Below, piece by piece: positions 1-11,118 of a DNA stretch of 64,000 nt (the stretch's first letter is position 1; every line of letters begins with the position of its first letter). The notes below the pieces were generated by a model, which was given only the letters and a program-made list of their open reading frames with translations, searched no databases and was not told where the DNA came from. Origin of the DNA: a virus; IMG/VR virus record IMGVR_UViG_3300008111_000001; one strand, given 5' to 3'. The position numbers were made by a program, and so were the translations under genes.

Positions 1-171
1 TGCGCACTATGCTCCTGCTAAATTAAATCCTTTTATTAAAGAAGGTATGATTTGTTCTAACTGTGTGTTCTTTATGGGCGGACAGGGATGCGAAATTGTA
101 GCTGGAAAAATAGAACCTAACGCTATATGTAAGTTATGGATTATTCCTGAAGATCTTATTGTAAAATAAAA

Positions 172-360
172 TCAATCAGAGTCATCCATTTCCTTTTTAA
201 TAACAGCGCCAAATAAAACTATAATTAAAGTAGCTACGCTAATCTTTATACCCCAAGATTGAACATCTCCAGACAAAGTGATGAGAACTAGTATTGTTCC
301 AGCTATTGTCCAAGCTTGTTCGTAAAGTGCAGCTATTAATTTCTTTAAAAATTTCTTCAT
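172..360 (-). CDS. small two-TM membrane protein (holin-like size/topology)
   Basis: 62 aa ORF with two hydrophobic stretches, charged termini and an upstream GGAG RBS. Confidence 0.55.
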   Translation of the reverse strand: MKKFLKKLIAALYEQAWTIAGTILVLITLSGDVQSWGIKISVATLIIVLFGAVIKKEMDDSD

Positions 361-376
361 TATATCTCCCTGTTTA

Positions 377-2815
377 TTATCTTCTTCTTGAAGCTCCAGC
401 TACTGGAGCAACTGCTATGACTGCACCAGCAGCTATAACGGCTCTTCTTTGTCCTACGTTTATATTTGAACCTAGTGGGACATAAGTGTTTAGACTTCCT
501 GAACCAAATATATTTATTTCTTCTTCAAATGAAGAACGGACTTCAGTTGGAGCATCTTGCACCGCAGCAATAATTTCCAAAGCTTGCTCTTCTGTTATTT
601 CTTCTATGGGGATCTCAGCAAAAATTTCTGCTGCCTGTTCTCCATCGATAGATGATAGTACCTCTGCGCTGGTCGCAATCTCAGTTGCTTGCTCCTCTGT
701 TATTCCATTTTCTATAATTGCATCGACAGCTTCTTGGACTTGCTCATCAGTAACTGTGTCACTACTTAACGCGTCAACTAGATTTTCGAATTGTTCGTCA
801 CTTAATGGTTGATCCAAAACGGCATCAATGACTGCAGTAAATTCTTCATCACTCAGTGGTTCTTCGAACACGGTATCCAAGACTTCAGCAAAGGCTTCGT
901 CACTTAGTTCTTCTGCGAATACTTGATCAATAACTTCGGTGAATTGTTCTTCCGAAAGGTCTCCTGATAATAATTCTGTAGCAGCTGCAACTAATTCTTC
1001 TTCACTGTCAGCTGAAGTTAGTATTTCGTCTACGGCATTAGCAAATTCTTCTTCAGTTAAATCACCAGATAAAATTTCATCTACTTGATTTTGTATGTCT
1101 TCTGGAACTGTTTCTTCAGGTTGGGTATCTTCTGGTGTGTTAGGCTCTGGTTCTACTATTTCTGGTTCAGTTGTTGGTGGATCAGTGTCTGGTGGTATAA
1201 CGACTGGAGGAGTTGTTTCTGGTTCAGTCACTGGTGGTTCAACTATTTCTGGTTCAGTTGTTGTAGTTGTTTCCGGTTCTGTTGTTGGTGGTTCTGTTGT
1301 TGTAGGTCCAGTCGTTGTGGGCACTGTTGGCATGGAAATTAAAACTTCAGCAACAGATGCTGTCTGTGAGTACACGCCAAACGTGTCATTGTCTGCTCTT
1401 ACTGAGATCGTGTATTCAACATCAAGTCCACCAGTAGATTGAAATAATGAATAATTTAAAATAATTGAAGTATTTAATGCAGTCTGATCGCCCACATTAC
1501 CAGTAGCAACACCCCAACCAGAAGTGCCATTACTCCAAGAAACTGCATATCTTTCAGGGGACACTCCAACATTATCATCTGCTGCCTCCCAGCTTATGAG
1601 TAAGCCATCTTCGGTGAGCAAGGTGGTTAGATTGGCGGGCTGCCCAAGAAACTTTGGTAGTGTAGTGGTTGTGGTAGTAGTTGTGGTGGGCGTTGATGTT
1701 CCAAATATCTTAATATTAAATCCACACCATTCGCTATTCCAGTTGCTCATGGTTACTCCATTGCTAGTGCCGCCAATGTAAGAAGGGTAGTTATTAACAT
1801 CATACGGTTCCAGCCATGCGCTTTGCCCAGGTTCAATGAGTCCGGCAAAAACTGCTGCAGCGCCAAAGTTTGAGTCATCTGTAAACGGTCCACTTCCCCA
1901 TCCACCACCATTTATTGTACCCGTTACATAAATGGGTGAATATGGCCCACAACCTCCACCACTATAACTTCCCTGAGGAATGGTTGTGGTTGTAGTAGTT
2001 GTAGTTGGAGTAGGCGCTGAATATGTAGCAGTGACCGAAAGCCATTTACCGGTGCCTGGACATGGATCACCAAAAACGCTATTGTTCGCACCAATAACTA
2101 GAGTATTTTGTCCAAGAAATTGTGCCTGCTGTTCACCACTTAACGTTGCATGGCAACTTTGATTTACTGCATAGTTTTCATTTTCGCCAGTTGGAGTTCC
2201 ATAGGACATAAATGTTATGCCAGTAAACACTGATCCTTCTGGCGCCTCTAGTGTTAATATTTGGTTTTCCCAAACTTTTGCGAACATAGAAAGTTCAGTT
2301 GTTGTTGCTATGAGTGATGCATTTTTAATTACTGGCCCATAGCATCCAGCCCAAAAAAGAGAGTCTACGCCAGAAAAAGTAACAGTAACCAGTTCATTTT
2401 GTTCTGTTGTTGTTATTTGTAGAGTAGAAGCTTGAATCACTCCGGCGGTTAATACTCCGGTAGTATCTGACTCATTGGAGTCAGACAGGGTGGCACTGTA
2501 TGTTCCACCCCATTCACTACTAGCAAGAAATGATAGTTCTAAATTGGATGGAGAAGGAACAATAACCTGTTGTGTTACAGAGTTTTGGACATAACTAAAT
2601 GTTAATTGAGAAGCCGCCCAAAGCCCTAAGCTTGGAGAGCCACCAGAACATCCTGCTCCGCCGTTGGCTCCGGTCCACCCCCCACCATTTGCTGAAAAAT
2701 TTCCATTAATTAAAATGTTTTCCGATGTCGCCCTAACATTCATTGGTGCAAAGAATCCAACAATAGCAATACAAACTGTTGATAATCTAAGTAAATTGCC
2801 AATAAAATTCCGCAT
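377..2815 (-). CDS. secreted/virion multidomain adhesin-like protein (signal peptide, SUEL/Gal-lectin, LCCL, FN3, Pro/Thr/Glu linker, acidic helical repeats)
   Basis: N-terminal signal-like segment; SUEL motif SYGTPTG..CHA..FGDPCPGTGKWL; LCCL motif WGSGPFTDDSNFGAAAVFAG..Y.G.TSNGV; FN3-like PANL..LLISW..YTISVRADN; poly-Thr and TTEPE repeats. Confidence 0.7.
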   Translation of the reverse strand: MRNFIGNLLRLSTVCIAIVGFFAPMNVRATSENILINGNFSANGGGWTGANGGAGCSGGSPSLGLWAASQLTFSYVQNSVTQQVIVPSPSNLELSFLASSEWGGTYSATLSDSNESDTTGVLTAGVIQASTLQITTTEQNELVTVTFSGVDSLFWAGCYGPVIKNASLIATTTELSMFAKVWENQILTLEAPEGSVFTGITFMSYGTPTGENENYAVNQSCHATLSGEQQAQFLGQNTLVIGANNSVFGDPCPGTGKWLSVTATYSAPTPTTTTTTTTIPQGSYSGGGCGPYSPIYVTGTINGGGWGSGPFTDDSNFGAAAVFAGLIEPGQSAWLEPYDVNNYPSYIGGTSNGVTMSNWNSEWCGFNIKIFGTSTPTTTTTTTTTLPKFLGQPANLTTLLTEDGLLISWEAADDNVGVSPERYAVSWSNGTSGWGVATGNVGDQTALNTSIILNYSLFQSTGGLDVEYTISVRADNDTFGVYSQTASVAEVLISMPTVPTTTGPTTTEPPTTEPETTTTTEPEIVEPPVTEPETTPPVVIPPDTDPPTTEPEIVEPEPNTPEDTQPEETVPEDIQNQVDEILSGDLTEEEFANAVDEILTSADSEEELVAAATELLSGDLSEEQFTEVIDQVFAEELSDEAFAEVLDTVFEEPLSDEEFTAVIDAVLDQPLSDEQFENLVDALSSDTVTDEQVQEAVDAIIENGITEEQATEIATSAEVLSSIDGEQAAEIFAEIPIEEITEEQALEIIAAVQDAPTEVRSSFEEEINIFGSGSLNTYVPLGSNINVGQRRAVIAAGAVIAVAPVAGASRRR

Positions 2816-2839
2816 ATAAGACTCCCATCCACTATTAAA

Positions 2840-2907
2840 ATAGTAAGACTTAACTACTTAAATCAAATCAGCTTTAACTAGCGCAAACATAAAAAATATG
2901 TTACTAT
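2840..2907. promoter_or_regulatory. two divergent TTACTAT motifs (candidate phage late promoters)
   Basis: CTTACTAT on - (2840-2847) 25 nt before ATG 2815; GTTACTAT on + (2900-2907) about 45 nt before ATG 2953. Confidence 0.4.
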
Positions 2908-2952
2908 TGTTGTATAAAGCGCTTACTTTATCTATGTTTATAGAGGTTTTTA

Positions 2953-5900
2953 ATGGCCAATACTCTTGTTCTAAAAAATTCAGGTACCTCTACGTCCGTA
3001 CCCTCCAGTTTAACTCATGGTGAAATAGCAATAAACTATAACGATGGAAAAATATTTTATAAAAACGCTTCCAATACTATAGTTACTGCAAAATTAATTA
3101 CTGGAATTACTGGAACAACAGATCAGATTACTGTTACTGAAACCTCTGGTTCTTTTGCGATTAGTTTACCTTCGACAGTTAAATTAACTACTTTATTTAT
3201 TGATAATATAGAAGTAGATACAACTGGTGCAACTAATGGTCAAGCATTAGTTTATAATGGTACAAAATTTGCACCGGCAACAGCAACTGGCCCTCAGGGA
3301 GCACAAGGAGCACAAGGGGCTCAGGGTCCACAAGGCTCCGCTGGGGCACAGGGTCCCCAGGGGGACGCTGGTCCACAGGGCGCTACAGGTGCCCAGGGGG
3401 CAACTGGCCCACAAGGAGATGTGGGCCCCCAAGGCGCTACAGGTGCCCAAGGCGCTACAGGTGCACAGGGACCACAGGGTGACACCGGCCCTCAGGGAGC
3501 TCAAGGTGCTCAAGGCCCCCAGGGTGCTAGTGGTGTAGCTGGAGCATTGAATGATTTATCTGATGCTGTTATTACGTCTCCTGAAGAGTTCCAAGGTCTT
3601 TCTTATAATGGCTCATCATGGGTAAACAGTCATCAGCCGTTGGTGTCATATGTCCGTAACGCAGAATCCACAACCATTACGACCGGTACTTGCGTTTATC
3701 TATTTGGCGCCACAGGAGACCATGCCACAGTAAAAAGGGCTGATAACAACAGTGATACTACTTCGGCAAAAACTGTTGGTATAGCCGGTGCTAACATTAC
3801 CGCTGGCAACAACGGACCTGTTATTACCCGTGGCTATGTTGATGGTATTGATCTTTCTGTTGGATATACGGCTGGCGATATCTTGTGGTTGGGAGAAAAT
3901 GGGGCATTTACTACTACTAAACCCAGCGCCCCTGACCATTTAGTTTTTATTGGTGTTGTTGTTCGAGCTACTAACAACGGTATTATCTACGTTGCTACTC
4001 AAAACGGTTACGAACTTGATGAACTTCATGACGTAAGTTTGCCTTCACCTAACTCTGGGGAGTTTCTTAAGTACAACGGATCACTGTGGGTTGCTGATGC
4101 TATTGATCTTGGAACCGATACAACCGGAAATTATATGGTTGATGTATCTGCTGGCACGGGAGTGTCAATAACGCATACGCCATCGGAAGGCAGCACTGCT
4201 ACAATAGGTATTGGTCAAGCAGTAGGTACGACCGACAATCCAACTTTTGCTGGAGTCACAGCTGATGCCATTAGAATAGGTGTTACAGCATCTAATGAAA
4301 TAGATACTTCGACTGGTAACTTAACAATTGATTCCGCCGGTGGCACAACAACAATTGATGATAATTTAATTGTATCAGGTGATCTCACAGTATCAGGCAC
4401 AACAACCACAATCAACAGCGAAACAATTAATTTAGCTGATAATATAATTACCCTTAACAGTAACTTTTCTACTGGCTCACCAACAGAAAATTCTGGCATT
4501 GCGGTGTTGCGTGGATCATCTCCAACAGTTTCAATGCGTTGGAATGAAAGTCTAGACAGGTGGGAATATACTGAAGATGGCACAAACTTTGTTCAATTAG
4601 ACGGAACTGGACCCCAGGGTGCTCAGGGTGCAACTGGCCCACAGGGCGATGTTGGTCCCCAAGGGTCAACTGGGGCAACTGGTTCGCAGGGTCCACAGGG
4701 AGCAATTGGAGCTACTGGCCCACAGGGTTCCCAGGGATCCACGGGATCTCAAGGTCCGCAAGGTGATACTGGTCCACAGGGAGCAACTGGAGCCCAAGGT
4801 GCTACCGGTGCCCAAGGGTCACAAGGAGATATTGGCCCCCAGGGCCCACAAGGCGCGCAAGGAGCTCAAGGGGCAACTGGTCCTCAAGGTCCCCAAGGTG
4901 ATGTTGGCCCACAAGGAGCTACAGGAGCTCAGGGTTCAACGGGTCCACAAGGAGACATAGGACCCCAAGGAGCTCAAGGACCAATAGGTCCTCAAGGTTC
5001 TCAGGGAGCTACTGGAGCGCAAGGTCCGCAGGGTGCAACTGGCGCCCAAGGTGCAGTTGGCCCACAAGGTGACACTGGCGCCCAAGGCGCAACAGGTCCC
5101 CAGGGTTCCCAGGGAGACACTGGCCCCCAAGGTGCAACCGGTCCACAAGGAGCCACTGGCGCAACTGGATCACAAGGTTCCACAGGCGCCCAAGGAGCTC
5201 AAGGAGCCCAAGGCGCTGCCGGATTATCTTCCAGCTTCTACAACTATACTGCAAAAACTGGAACGACAAGTGGCAATCCTGGTTCTGGATATTTAATTTG
5301 GAATAATAATAGTCAAACAAGCGCAACACAAATAAATGTTAGTCATTTAGACAACTTGTCAAATGACGTTGATGTGTTCCTTTCTGTTATTAAATCTGGC
5401 GACACAATAATAATTCAGTCTGTTTCTGATTCAGATGATTATCAAAAATGGACAGTGTCTTCAACTATTACTGTTAATCCAAATAGTTATGTAGAAATAC
5501 CAGTAAGTTTAATTACTTCTGGGGGAGACGGCACCACTGGTTTTGCAAATGATGCGGGGTTATTATTCATATTTTCCAGTATTGGCCCTCAAGGTGCTCA
5601 GGGAGCACAAGGCGCAACCGGAGCGCAAGGCGCTACTGGCTCTACTGGTCCTCAAGGCCCTCAAGGTGACGTTGGTCCCCAAGGGGCTACCGGAGCACAG
5701 GGTTCCACCGGGGCACAGGGTGCCACTGGAGCACAAGGGGATACTGGTCCCCAGGGAGCAACTGGCCCCCAGGGATCAACTGGCCCTCAGGGTGATATAG
5801 GCCCACAGGGAGCAACTGGCCCCCAGGGAGCAACCGGCCCACAAGGGGCAACTGGCCCGCAGGGAGCTCAGGGTGATACCGGTCCACAAGGAGCCACCGG

Positions 5901-7137
5901 CCCTCAAGGTGACACAGGTCCACAAGGAGCCGCCGGCCCTCAAGGTGCAACCGGCCCTCAGGGCGACATTGGTCCACAGGGGTCTACCGGCGCCCAAGGT
6001 GCAACCGGCGCCCAAGGTGCAACTGGCCCACAGGGAGCTACCGGTCCACAAGGAGATGTTGGTCCCCAAGGTGCTACAGGAGCTACTGGACCACAAGGAG
6101 ATATGGGTCCTCAGGGTGCTACAGGAGCCACCGGTGCCCAAGGCCCCCAAGGTGCAACCGGCCCACAAGGAGCAACTGGCCCACAAGGAGCAACTGGAGC
6201 TCAGGGTGCAGAGGGTCCTCAAGGCTCCCAAGGCGCCCAAGGCGCCGAGGGACCTCAGGGCGCTCAAGGTGCAACAGGCCCAGTTGCAGGCTCCGCTAAT
6301 CAAGTCGTATACAAAGACGGGACAAATGCTGCCGCAGGCAGTGCAAACCTCACATTTGACGGAACTCGCTTAACTGCTGCAGCATTAACAGTAGATACAA
6401 ATACACTATATGTTGATGCAACAAATAATCGTGTTGGCGTAAATACAGCATCTCCAGCGACAGCTTTTGATGTTATTGGCACTGCGACCATTCGTACGGC
6501 AGCCACACAGGATGGCGTTGCACTTGCGGGTCGCGCTGGTGGTACGAGTACGTATGAAGTTACGCTAACTCCCACAACACTAACTGCAGATAGAACACTA
6601 ACTCTTCCAAATGCTTCTGGAACTGTAGCAACTACAGCAAATTTGGGGCTTGTATATATATCTAGCGGAACATTTTCTGGCGCTACACAAGTAAATTTGC
6701 AGTCTGTTTTTTCTGCTACTTACGAAAACTATCGACTAGTTTTAACTAACTTACAGGCAGCTAGCACAGACTTCTACCTATTCCTCATAAACATGCTATC
6801 AAGCAGCACTGCAGCTACAACAAGTTACTATTATGCAATGCAAGGGTTGACTTTCGGTGGAACTACTGATAATTACACTGGACAGAACTCTTCACTTGGG
6901 GTTTGCGGCGCAATATCCAACTCCGACATTCACATAGTCATGGATATTTCTCGTCCGAATGTTGCCGATAGGACAATAATTTCAGCACATTGCGCATCAG
7001 CGTGGGGTAATTATACAGCGACTGTGCAGCATACAACGGCAAGTGCGTATGATGGAATACAATTAAATAATTTTAGACTTGGTTCTAGCTCAGTCAATCT
7101 ATCTGGAACCTGGAAACTTTATGGGTACACAAATTAA
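2953..7137 (+). CDS. collagen-repeat tail fibre / receptor-binding protein
   Basis: three long Gly-X-Y tracts ([12 protein letters not shown]); N-terminal [21 protein letters not shown] motif typical of phage fibre proteins; beta-rich spacer domains. Confidence 0.85.
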   Translation: MANTLVLKNSGTSTSVPSSLTHGEIAINYNDGKIFYKNASNTIVTAKLITGITGTTDQITVTETSGSFAISLPSTVKLTTLFIDNIEVDTTGATNGQALVYNGTKFAPATATGPQGAQGAQGAQGPQGSAGAQGPQGDAGPQGATGAQGATGPQGDVGPQGATGAQGATGAQGPQGDTGPQGAQGAQGPQGASGVAGALNDLSDAVITSPEEFQGLSYNGSSWVNSHQPLVSYVRNAESTTITTGTCVYLFGATGDHATVKRADNNSDTTSAKTVGIAGANITAGNNGPVITRGYVDGIDLSVGYTAGDILWLGENGAFTTTKPSAPDHLVFIGVVVRATNNGIIYVATQNGYELDELHDVSLPSPNSGEFLKYNGSLWVADAIDLGTDTTGNYMVDVSAGTGVSITHTPSEGSTATIGIGQAVGTTDNPTFAGVTADAIRIGVTASNEIDTSTGNLTIDSAGGTTTIDDNLIVSGDLTVSGTTTTINSETINLADNIITLNSNFSTGSPTENSGIAVLRGSSPTVSMRWNESLDRWEYTEDGTNFVQLDGTGPQGAQGATGPQGDVGPQGSTGATGSQGPQGAIGATGPQGSQGSTGSQGPQGDTGPQGATGAQGATGAQGSQGDIGPQGPQGAQGAQGATGPQGPQGDVGPQGATGAQGSTGPQGDIGPQGAQGPIGPQGSQGATGAQGPQGATGAQGAVGPQGDTGAQGATGPQGSQGDTGPQGATGPQGATGATGSQGSTGAQGAQGAQGAAGLSSSFYNYTAKTGTTSGNPGSGYLIWNNNSQTSATQINVSHLDNLSNDVDVFLSVIKSGDTIIIQSVSDSDDYQKWTVSSTITVNPNSYVEIPVSLITSGGDGTTGFANDAGLLFIFSSIGPQGAQGAQGATGAQGATGSTGPQGPQGDVGPQGATGAQGSTGAQGATGAQGDTGPQGATGPQGSTGPQGDIGPQGATGPQGATGPQGATGPQGAQGDTGPQGATGPQGDTGPQGAAGPQGATGPQGDIGPQGSTGAQGATGAQGATGPQGATGPQGDVGPQGATGATGPQGDMGPQGATGATGAQGPQGATGPQGATGPQGATGAQGAEGPQGSQGAQGAEGPQGAQGATGPVAGSANQVVYKDGTNAAAGSANLTFDGTRLTAAALTVDTNTLYVDATNNRVGVNTASPATAFDVIGTATIRTAATQDGVALAGRAGGTSTYEVTLTPTTLTADRTLTLPNASGTVATTANLGLVYISSGTFSGATQVNLQSVFSATYENYRLVLTNLQAASTDFYLFLINMLSSSTAATTSYYYAMQGLTFGGTTDNYTGQNSSLGVCGAISNSDIHIVMDISRPNVADRTIISAHCASAWGNYTATVQHTTASAYDGIQLNNFRLGSSSVNLSGTWKLYGYTN
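3292..6285 (+). repeat. 9-nt-periodic collagen coding repeats in three blocks (about 3292-3530, 4610-5220, 5581-6285)
   Basis: ggccctcagggagcacaa-type degenerate triplet repeats; protein-level G-X-Y. Confidence 0.9.
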
Positions 7138-7149
7138 TAGGAGACAACA

Positions 7150-7335
7150 ATGCCAAGAGTAAGATATGTCTATGATGGCACAAATCAAACTGAAACAACA
7201 GGTAATTTTAGTGCCGGAGAAGAAACAGCGCAAGATGCACAAGACGCTACTAATGAATCAACTTATAAAACTAATTCAAAAGCGGTTAGTCGCGATATAG
7301 CTGACAATCGTAGATTTATTATGGAGGTAATTTAA
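7150..7335 (+). CDS. hypothetical small virion-module protein
   Basis: 61 aa ORF with AGGAG RBS, tightly packed after the fibre gene. Confidence 0.65.
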   Translation: MPRVRYVYDGTNQTETTGNFSAGEETAQDAQDATNESTYKTNSKAVSRDIADNRRFIMEVI

Positions 7336-7709
7336 TGCCTATTCAAATGAAGAGGTTATCTGGTCCAGACAATTTTGCCTCTGCAGATACCGAAGAAGAT
7401 TTATATACAGTTCCAAGAAATACCGGTTACACAACTACAACTGTTATTAAAGAAATTATCCTCTGCAATACCGCAGCTTCTGCTGCAACTGTCACTTTGT
7501 GGTTAAAGCCAAAAAATGTTACGGTTGCAACGGATCATGTATTTATCAATGCGCTTTCACTAGCGGCAAATGAAACTGTTACTTTATCTACATCTTTAAT
7601 ATTAACAAATGATGATAATACGGCTGGAGATACATATTCTGATAAAATTCGTGGAAAAGCAAGTGCAACTACAGTAAACTATATAATAAATGGTTATGAA
7701 GAGTACTGA
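7335..7709 (+). CDS. hypothetical beta-rich virion protein
   Basis: 124 aa, GGAGG RBS, LYTVP..VIKEIILCN..ATVTLW pattern common in phage minor structural proteins. Confidence 0.7.
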   Translation: MPIQMKRLSGPDNFASADTEEDLYTVPRNTGYTTTTVIKEIILCNTAASAATVTLWLKPKNVTVATDHVFINALSLAANETVTLSTSLILTNDDNTAGDTYSDKIRGKASATTVNYIINGYEEY

Positions 7710-7714
7710 TATTT

Positions 7715-8503
7715 ATGGGAAAGTTTATTAGGGCAAATAATACTACAACAGGAATTAGTTTTGTTGGCGGTACTTCGTCCACACATTCTGACTTACTTAC
7801 CATGTCAAACTTAGTTGACGTTCCTGACTCAATTTATGGATCCGCAGCTGATGGATCAGTAACCTTTGATGGCTCAAGTACCGTTTTGTCAATGGCGCCA
7901 GCATCTTCTGTATACACAATGACTAGGGATATATATTGTTACAACTTAACTTTATCGGCAAACGTGCGCTTAAATCCAGCTGGTTATAGAATTTTTGTAC
8001 AAAATTTATTAACATTTGGTAGTGGGTCTACTATTGGTTTTACCACAGGTTTTTCTACCGCTGGATCAATACAACAGGGCGGAGCAGCAAACAATGTTTC
8101 GTTGTCGCCAGTGACACATAGCCTTGGGGGCTCAAGCGCAACATATAATGCGACAGCACCAACAGCAGCTACAGGCGGAACCAACTATTACAAACAACCA
8201 TTTCAGGCAATAAAAGGATATTCCATTACTGGGTCTTCGACTACTCCAACATTTTTAAAAGGTGGAGCTGGCGGAACAGCTGGTGCTGGAGGCGGAGTTG
8301 TAATCTTAGCTGCTAGATTTATTGGCGTTTCCAGTGGCACTGGTTACATTAAAGCTCCTGGAACAGCGGGGGCTGGCGGTGGTGGCGGTGGTGTTATTAT
8401 TATTATTTCATCTGCAGCAACATTAAATTCTGGTGTTTCCACTGATGTTACTGGTGGGACCAGCTGCGTTGCTGGAACGGTAATTTATTCACAGGTGGCA
8501 TAG
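7715..8503 (+). CDS. glycine-rich virion/tail protein
   Basis: DSIYGSAADGSVT..LTLSANVRLNPAGYRIFV and GAGGGVVILAA Gly-rich repeats; paralogue of next gene. Confidence 0.7.
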   Translation: MGKFIRANNTTTGISFVGGTSSTHSDLLTMSNLVDVPDSIYGSAADGSVTFDGSSTVLSMAPASSVYTMTRDIYCYNLTLSANVRLNPAGYRIFVQNLLTFGSGSTIGFTTGFSTAGSIQQGGAANNVSLSPVTHSLGGSSATYNATAPTAATGGTNYYKQPFQAIKGYSITGSSTTPTFLKGGAGGTAGAGGGVVILAARFIGVSSGTGYIKAPGTAGAGGGGGGVIIIISSAATLNSGVSTDVTGGTSCVAGTVIYSQVA

Positions 8504-8505
8504 TT

Positions 8506-10239
8506 ATGGTTGGCAGGATTCGAAGAATAAATAAAACAATTACACAGCGTGATGATTCAATTTTTGGCGAAGGCACTGACGGTGCTGTGACAATATCTAG
8601 TGGTACAACATATTTAACAAAAGATATGTATTACACTAATCTAACAATCAACTCTGGCGCAACATTATTTACTAATGGTTTTAGAGTTTTTGTTAATGGA
8701 ACATTAACTAATAATGGAACACTAGGAATGCCAACTTTAACTGCAGCTACTGTAGCAGATGGTTCTGGCACAGTAGCTGGCAGACAAAACGCTCTTAATC
8801 CAGCTAAAGCATGGGGCACAAGCACAGACGCATTATCTGTAACAGATATGCACGATATGGACGATGCTGTATCAGGTTGGTTTATTACTTCAGCTGGGGC
8901 AATTACCAAAATAGGATCAGGCTCACTTGGGGTAGCTGGTTCAAGTGGAAATGTTGCGGCTGCAACTGCTGGTAATTATCCTGGTCATTCCAATACGGTT
9001 GGTGCTGCCGGTGGAACAGGCAATGCGGCGACAGCTGGTACTGGTGGAGCAGGAGGTCTTGGTGGTGGATTGGTTATTGTTTTAGCCAAAAATATCTCTG
9101 GCACTGGTTATATAGTTAGTTATGGATTTGCTGGAAACCCAGGAAATCCTGCGGTGCAAGGTAATCCAGCTCCAAATATTAGCGGATATCATACTGGCGG
9201 ATTCTATCATCATGCTATTAATGGACACAGGATAAGTCCTGCTACTAGTAATCAAAATAGCCCCCATCATAACCATGGAAACCATAATCATAATGCCGGA
9301 GTCCTTCCTGGAAATCCAACAAATGCAACAGGAGTAGTCAATGCTGGGCATCATCCTGCAACTAACAATCACGCACATGCTTCACATGGTACTAATCATA
9401 ATAGTGGCAGCAATTTTAGCAATAGTCCTCCTTATGTAATTTACGTATTAGCACATAATGGTGGGACGAATCATAACTCCGGTAACGGTCATCATCATCA
9501 TCCAGCTAATGGAAGCAGGCCTTCGCCTCATCAAGCGAATTCAAACGCTGCGCATCATAGCCATGGTTCACATACGCATACTCCAGTTCACATTTTTGGG
9601 CATGCGACATCAAACCATAATGGATCTCATTCTTGTGATTGTAATCATGGCGCTCATCATCACAATCCTGGACATGGTCATCACGCTGGCAATCATAATG
9701 CCGGAAATCATCCCTATCCACACGGGGTGGGTGGGCATGGATCTGGGCCTAATCCAACGTCACACAACGCCCACGCTGTAACTCATCCTGGTCATGGCCA
9801 TCATCATACGGCAGAAACTCCCCATGGTGCATCTAATCCGCATTCATATGGTGGAGCAAAAGGCATACCTCACTCAGCATTGGTTTTGGGTCATAATGGA
9901 AGCAATCCGCATACAAGTGGAAGCCACCCTCATGGAGCTGGAAGTACTGGGCCAAGTCCTAATGCAACCATAACTGCAGGCAGCCACAATGCAGGTGACC
10001 ACACACACACGGCTGCCACAGTAAACCACAGCTCCGGAGCAGTTACCAGCAATAGAACAGCAGCTCCAACTCACACTGCAACAAATGCAAATTATACTGG
10101 TGGGTCTGGAGGTACAGCAAATCCGGGTAATACTGGTGCAACAGGGAGTACCGGTGGTATAATTGTCGTTACAAGAAACGCCGGAAATGCTGCTAATCAA
10201 CTAGGACATTCTAATTATTCTAAGATACTAGATATCTAA
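8506..10239 (+). CDS. glycine-rich virion protein with ~300 aa His/Asn/Gly/Pro-rich insertion
   Basis: N-terminus aligns by eye with 7715-8503 (DSIFGEGTDGAVT..LTINSGATLFTNGFRVFV); about 60 His counted between nt ~9180 and ~10080. Confidence 0.8.
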   Translation: MVGRIRRINKTITQRDDSIFGEGTDGAVTISSGTTYLTKDMYYTNLTINSGATLFTNGFRVFVNGTLTNNGTLGMPTLTAATVADGSGTVAGRQNALNPAKAWGTSTDALSVTDMHDMDDAVSGWFITSAGAITKIGSGSLGVAGSSGNVAAATAGNYPGHSNTVGAAGGTGNAATAGTGGAGGLGGGLVIVLAKNISGTGYIVSYGFAGNPGNPAVQGNPAPNISGYHTGGFYHHAINGHRISPATSNQNSPHHNHGNHNHNAGVLPGNPTNATGVVNAGHHPATNNHAHASHGTNHNSGSNFSNSPPYVIYVLAHNGGTNHNSGNGHHHHPANGSRPSPHQANSNAAHHSHGSHTHTPVHIFGHATSNHNGSHSCDCNHGAHHHNPGHGHHAGNHNAGNHPYPHGVGGHGSGPNPTSHNAHAVTHPGHGHHHTAETPHGASNPHSYGGAKGIPHSALVLGHNGSNPHTSGSHPHGAGSTGPSPNATITAGSHNAGDHTHTAATVNHSSGAVTSNRTAAPTHTATNANYTGGSGGTANPGNTGATGSTGGIIVVTRNAGNAANQLGHSNYSKILDI

Positions 10240-10247
10240 AAATAATA

Positions 10248-10256
10248 TGATATAAT
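10248..10256 (+). promoter_or_regulatory. extended -10 promoter element TGATATAAT
   Basis: TGnTATAAT 22 nt upstream of ATG 10279, followed by AAGGAG RBS. Confidence 0.5.
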
Positions 10257-10278
10257 TGTACAAACTTAAGGAGAAAAA

Positions 10279-10524
10279 ATGTCATTTTTTAATTCAATTA
10301 GTTCAGAAAGAAAACTTCAAATTGTTGAAGCAAGAATATCTTCATTAAAAGAACAACTATGGACACTTTTAATCGACGCAGAAATTGACCCAGACACATT
10401 AGATGTTAATACTTTTGATGCAGCTATTGATATAGCTGAAAAGTTCTCTTATTTAAGAGAACAGTATGTAAATTTAACATCTATTATTGAAAAAATGGAA
10501 CAAGTAAAATCAGGATTAGAATAA
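10279..10524 (+). CDS. hypothetical helical protein (paralogue of 14330-14581)
   Basis: 81 aa, strong RBS, shared S.E.K...AR..L...I...IDP..L pattern. Confidence 0.7.
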   Translation: MSFFNSISSERKLQIVEARISSLKEQLWTLLIDAEIDPDTLDVNTFDAAIDIAEKFSYLREQYVNLTSIIEKMEQVKSGLE

Positions 10525-10527
10525 TTT

Positions 10528-11118
10528 ATGAAATTTAAAGAACACGCTACGTGTGTAGTTGAATATGAAAATGTTTTTGACGCACAAAAATTTATAATTC
10601 TTCTAGAAGAAGAATGCAGTGAATCATGGGGATATTTGTCTTGGCAAAGATCTACTGTTGGCACTGGTCAAGTTTCTGATATTAGAACATCTCTAAGTTG
10701 TGAGCTAGAGCCAATTAATAGCAAAGATATTCAAATAGAGCGAGTAAAGCCACTTGCCGCTGAATGGATCTCTATGTGGGAGAAAGTGGACCCCATAGTA
10801 TGGGACTATAGAAATTATTTTGAGCTAGACCTAGATGCCGACGAAGGATATAGGGTGTTAAAATATTCTGCAGGAGCGGAATATGGCATTCATCACGATC
10901 ATGCTCCAATGAACGCAAGAACGTTAAGTTTAGTTGCCTTTTTGAATGATGATTATACTGGAGGCAATTTAGTATTTCCTAAGTTTAATATTTCAATTAA
11001 GCCAAAAGCTGGAAGTGTTATTCTTTTTCCATCCAACTTTCCATACGCTCACATCGCAGAACCAGTAGGTGAAGTTGATGGTACAACTAAATATTCATTA
11101 GTTACATGGTTTAGATGA
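10528..11118 (+). CDS. 2OG-Fe(II) oxygenase, prolyl-4-hydroxylase-like
   Basis: HHD..LSLVAFLNDDYTGGNL.F..KPKAGSVILFPSNFPYAH..KYSLVTW (HxD...H...K/R). Confidence 0.9.
   Translation: MKFKEHATCVVEYENVFDAQKFIILLEEECSESWGYLSWQRSTVGTGQVSDIRTSLSCELEPINSKDIQIERVKPLAAEWISMWEKVDPIVWDYRNYFELDLDADEGYRVLKYSAGAEYGIHHDHAPMNARTLSLVAFLNDDYTGGNLVFPKFNISIKPKAGSVILFPSNFPYAHIAEPVGEVDGTTKYSLVTWFR

Noticed and set aside
3247-6575. Many alternative-frame and antisense ORFs over the collagen tracts; periodic repeats resembling an array
   Set aside because: Shadows of the 9-nt G-X-Y periodicity; no constant repeat with unique spacers, so not CRISPR
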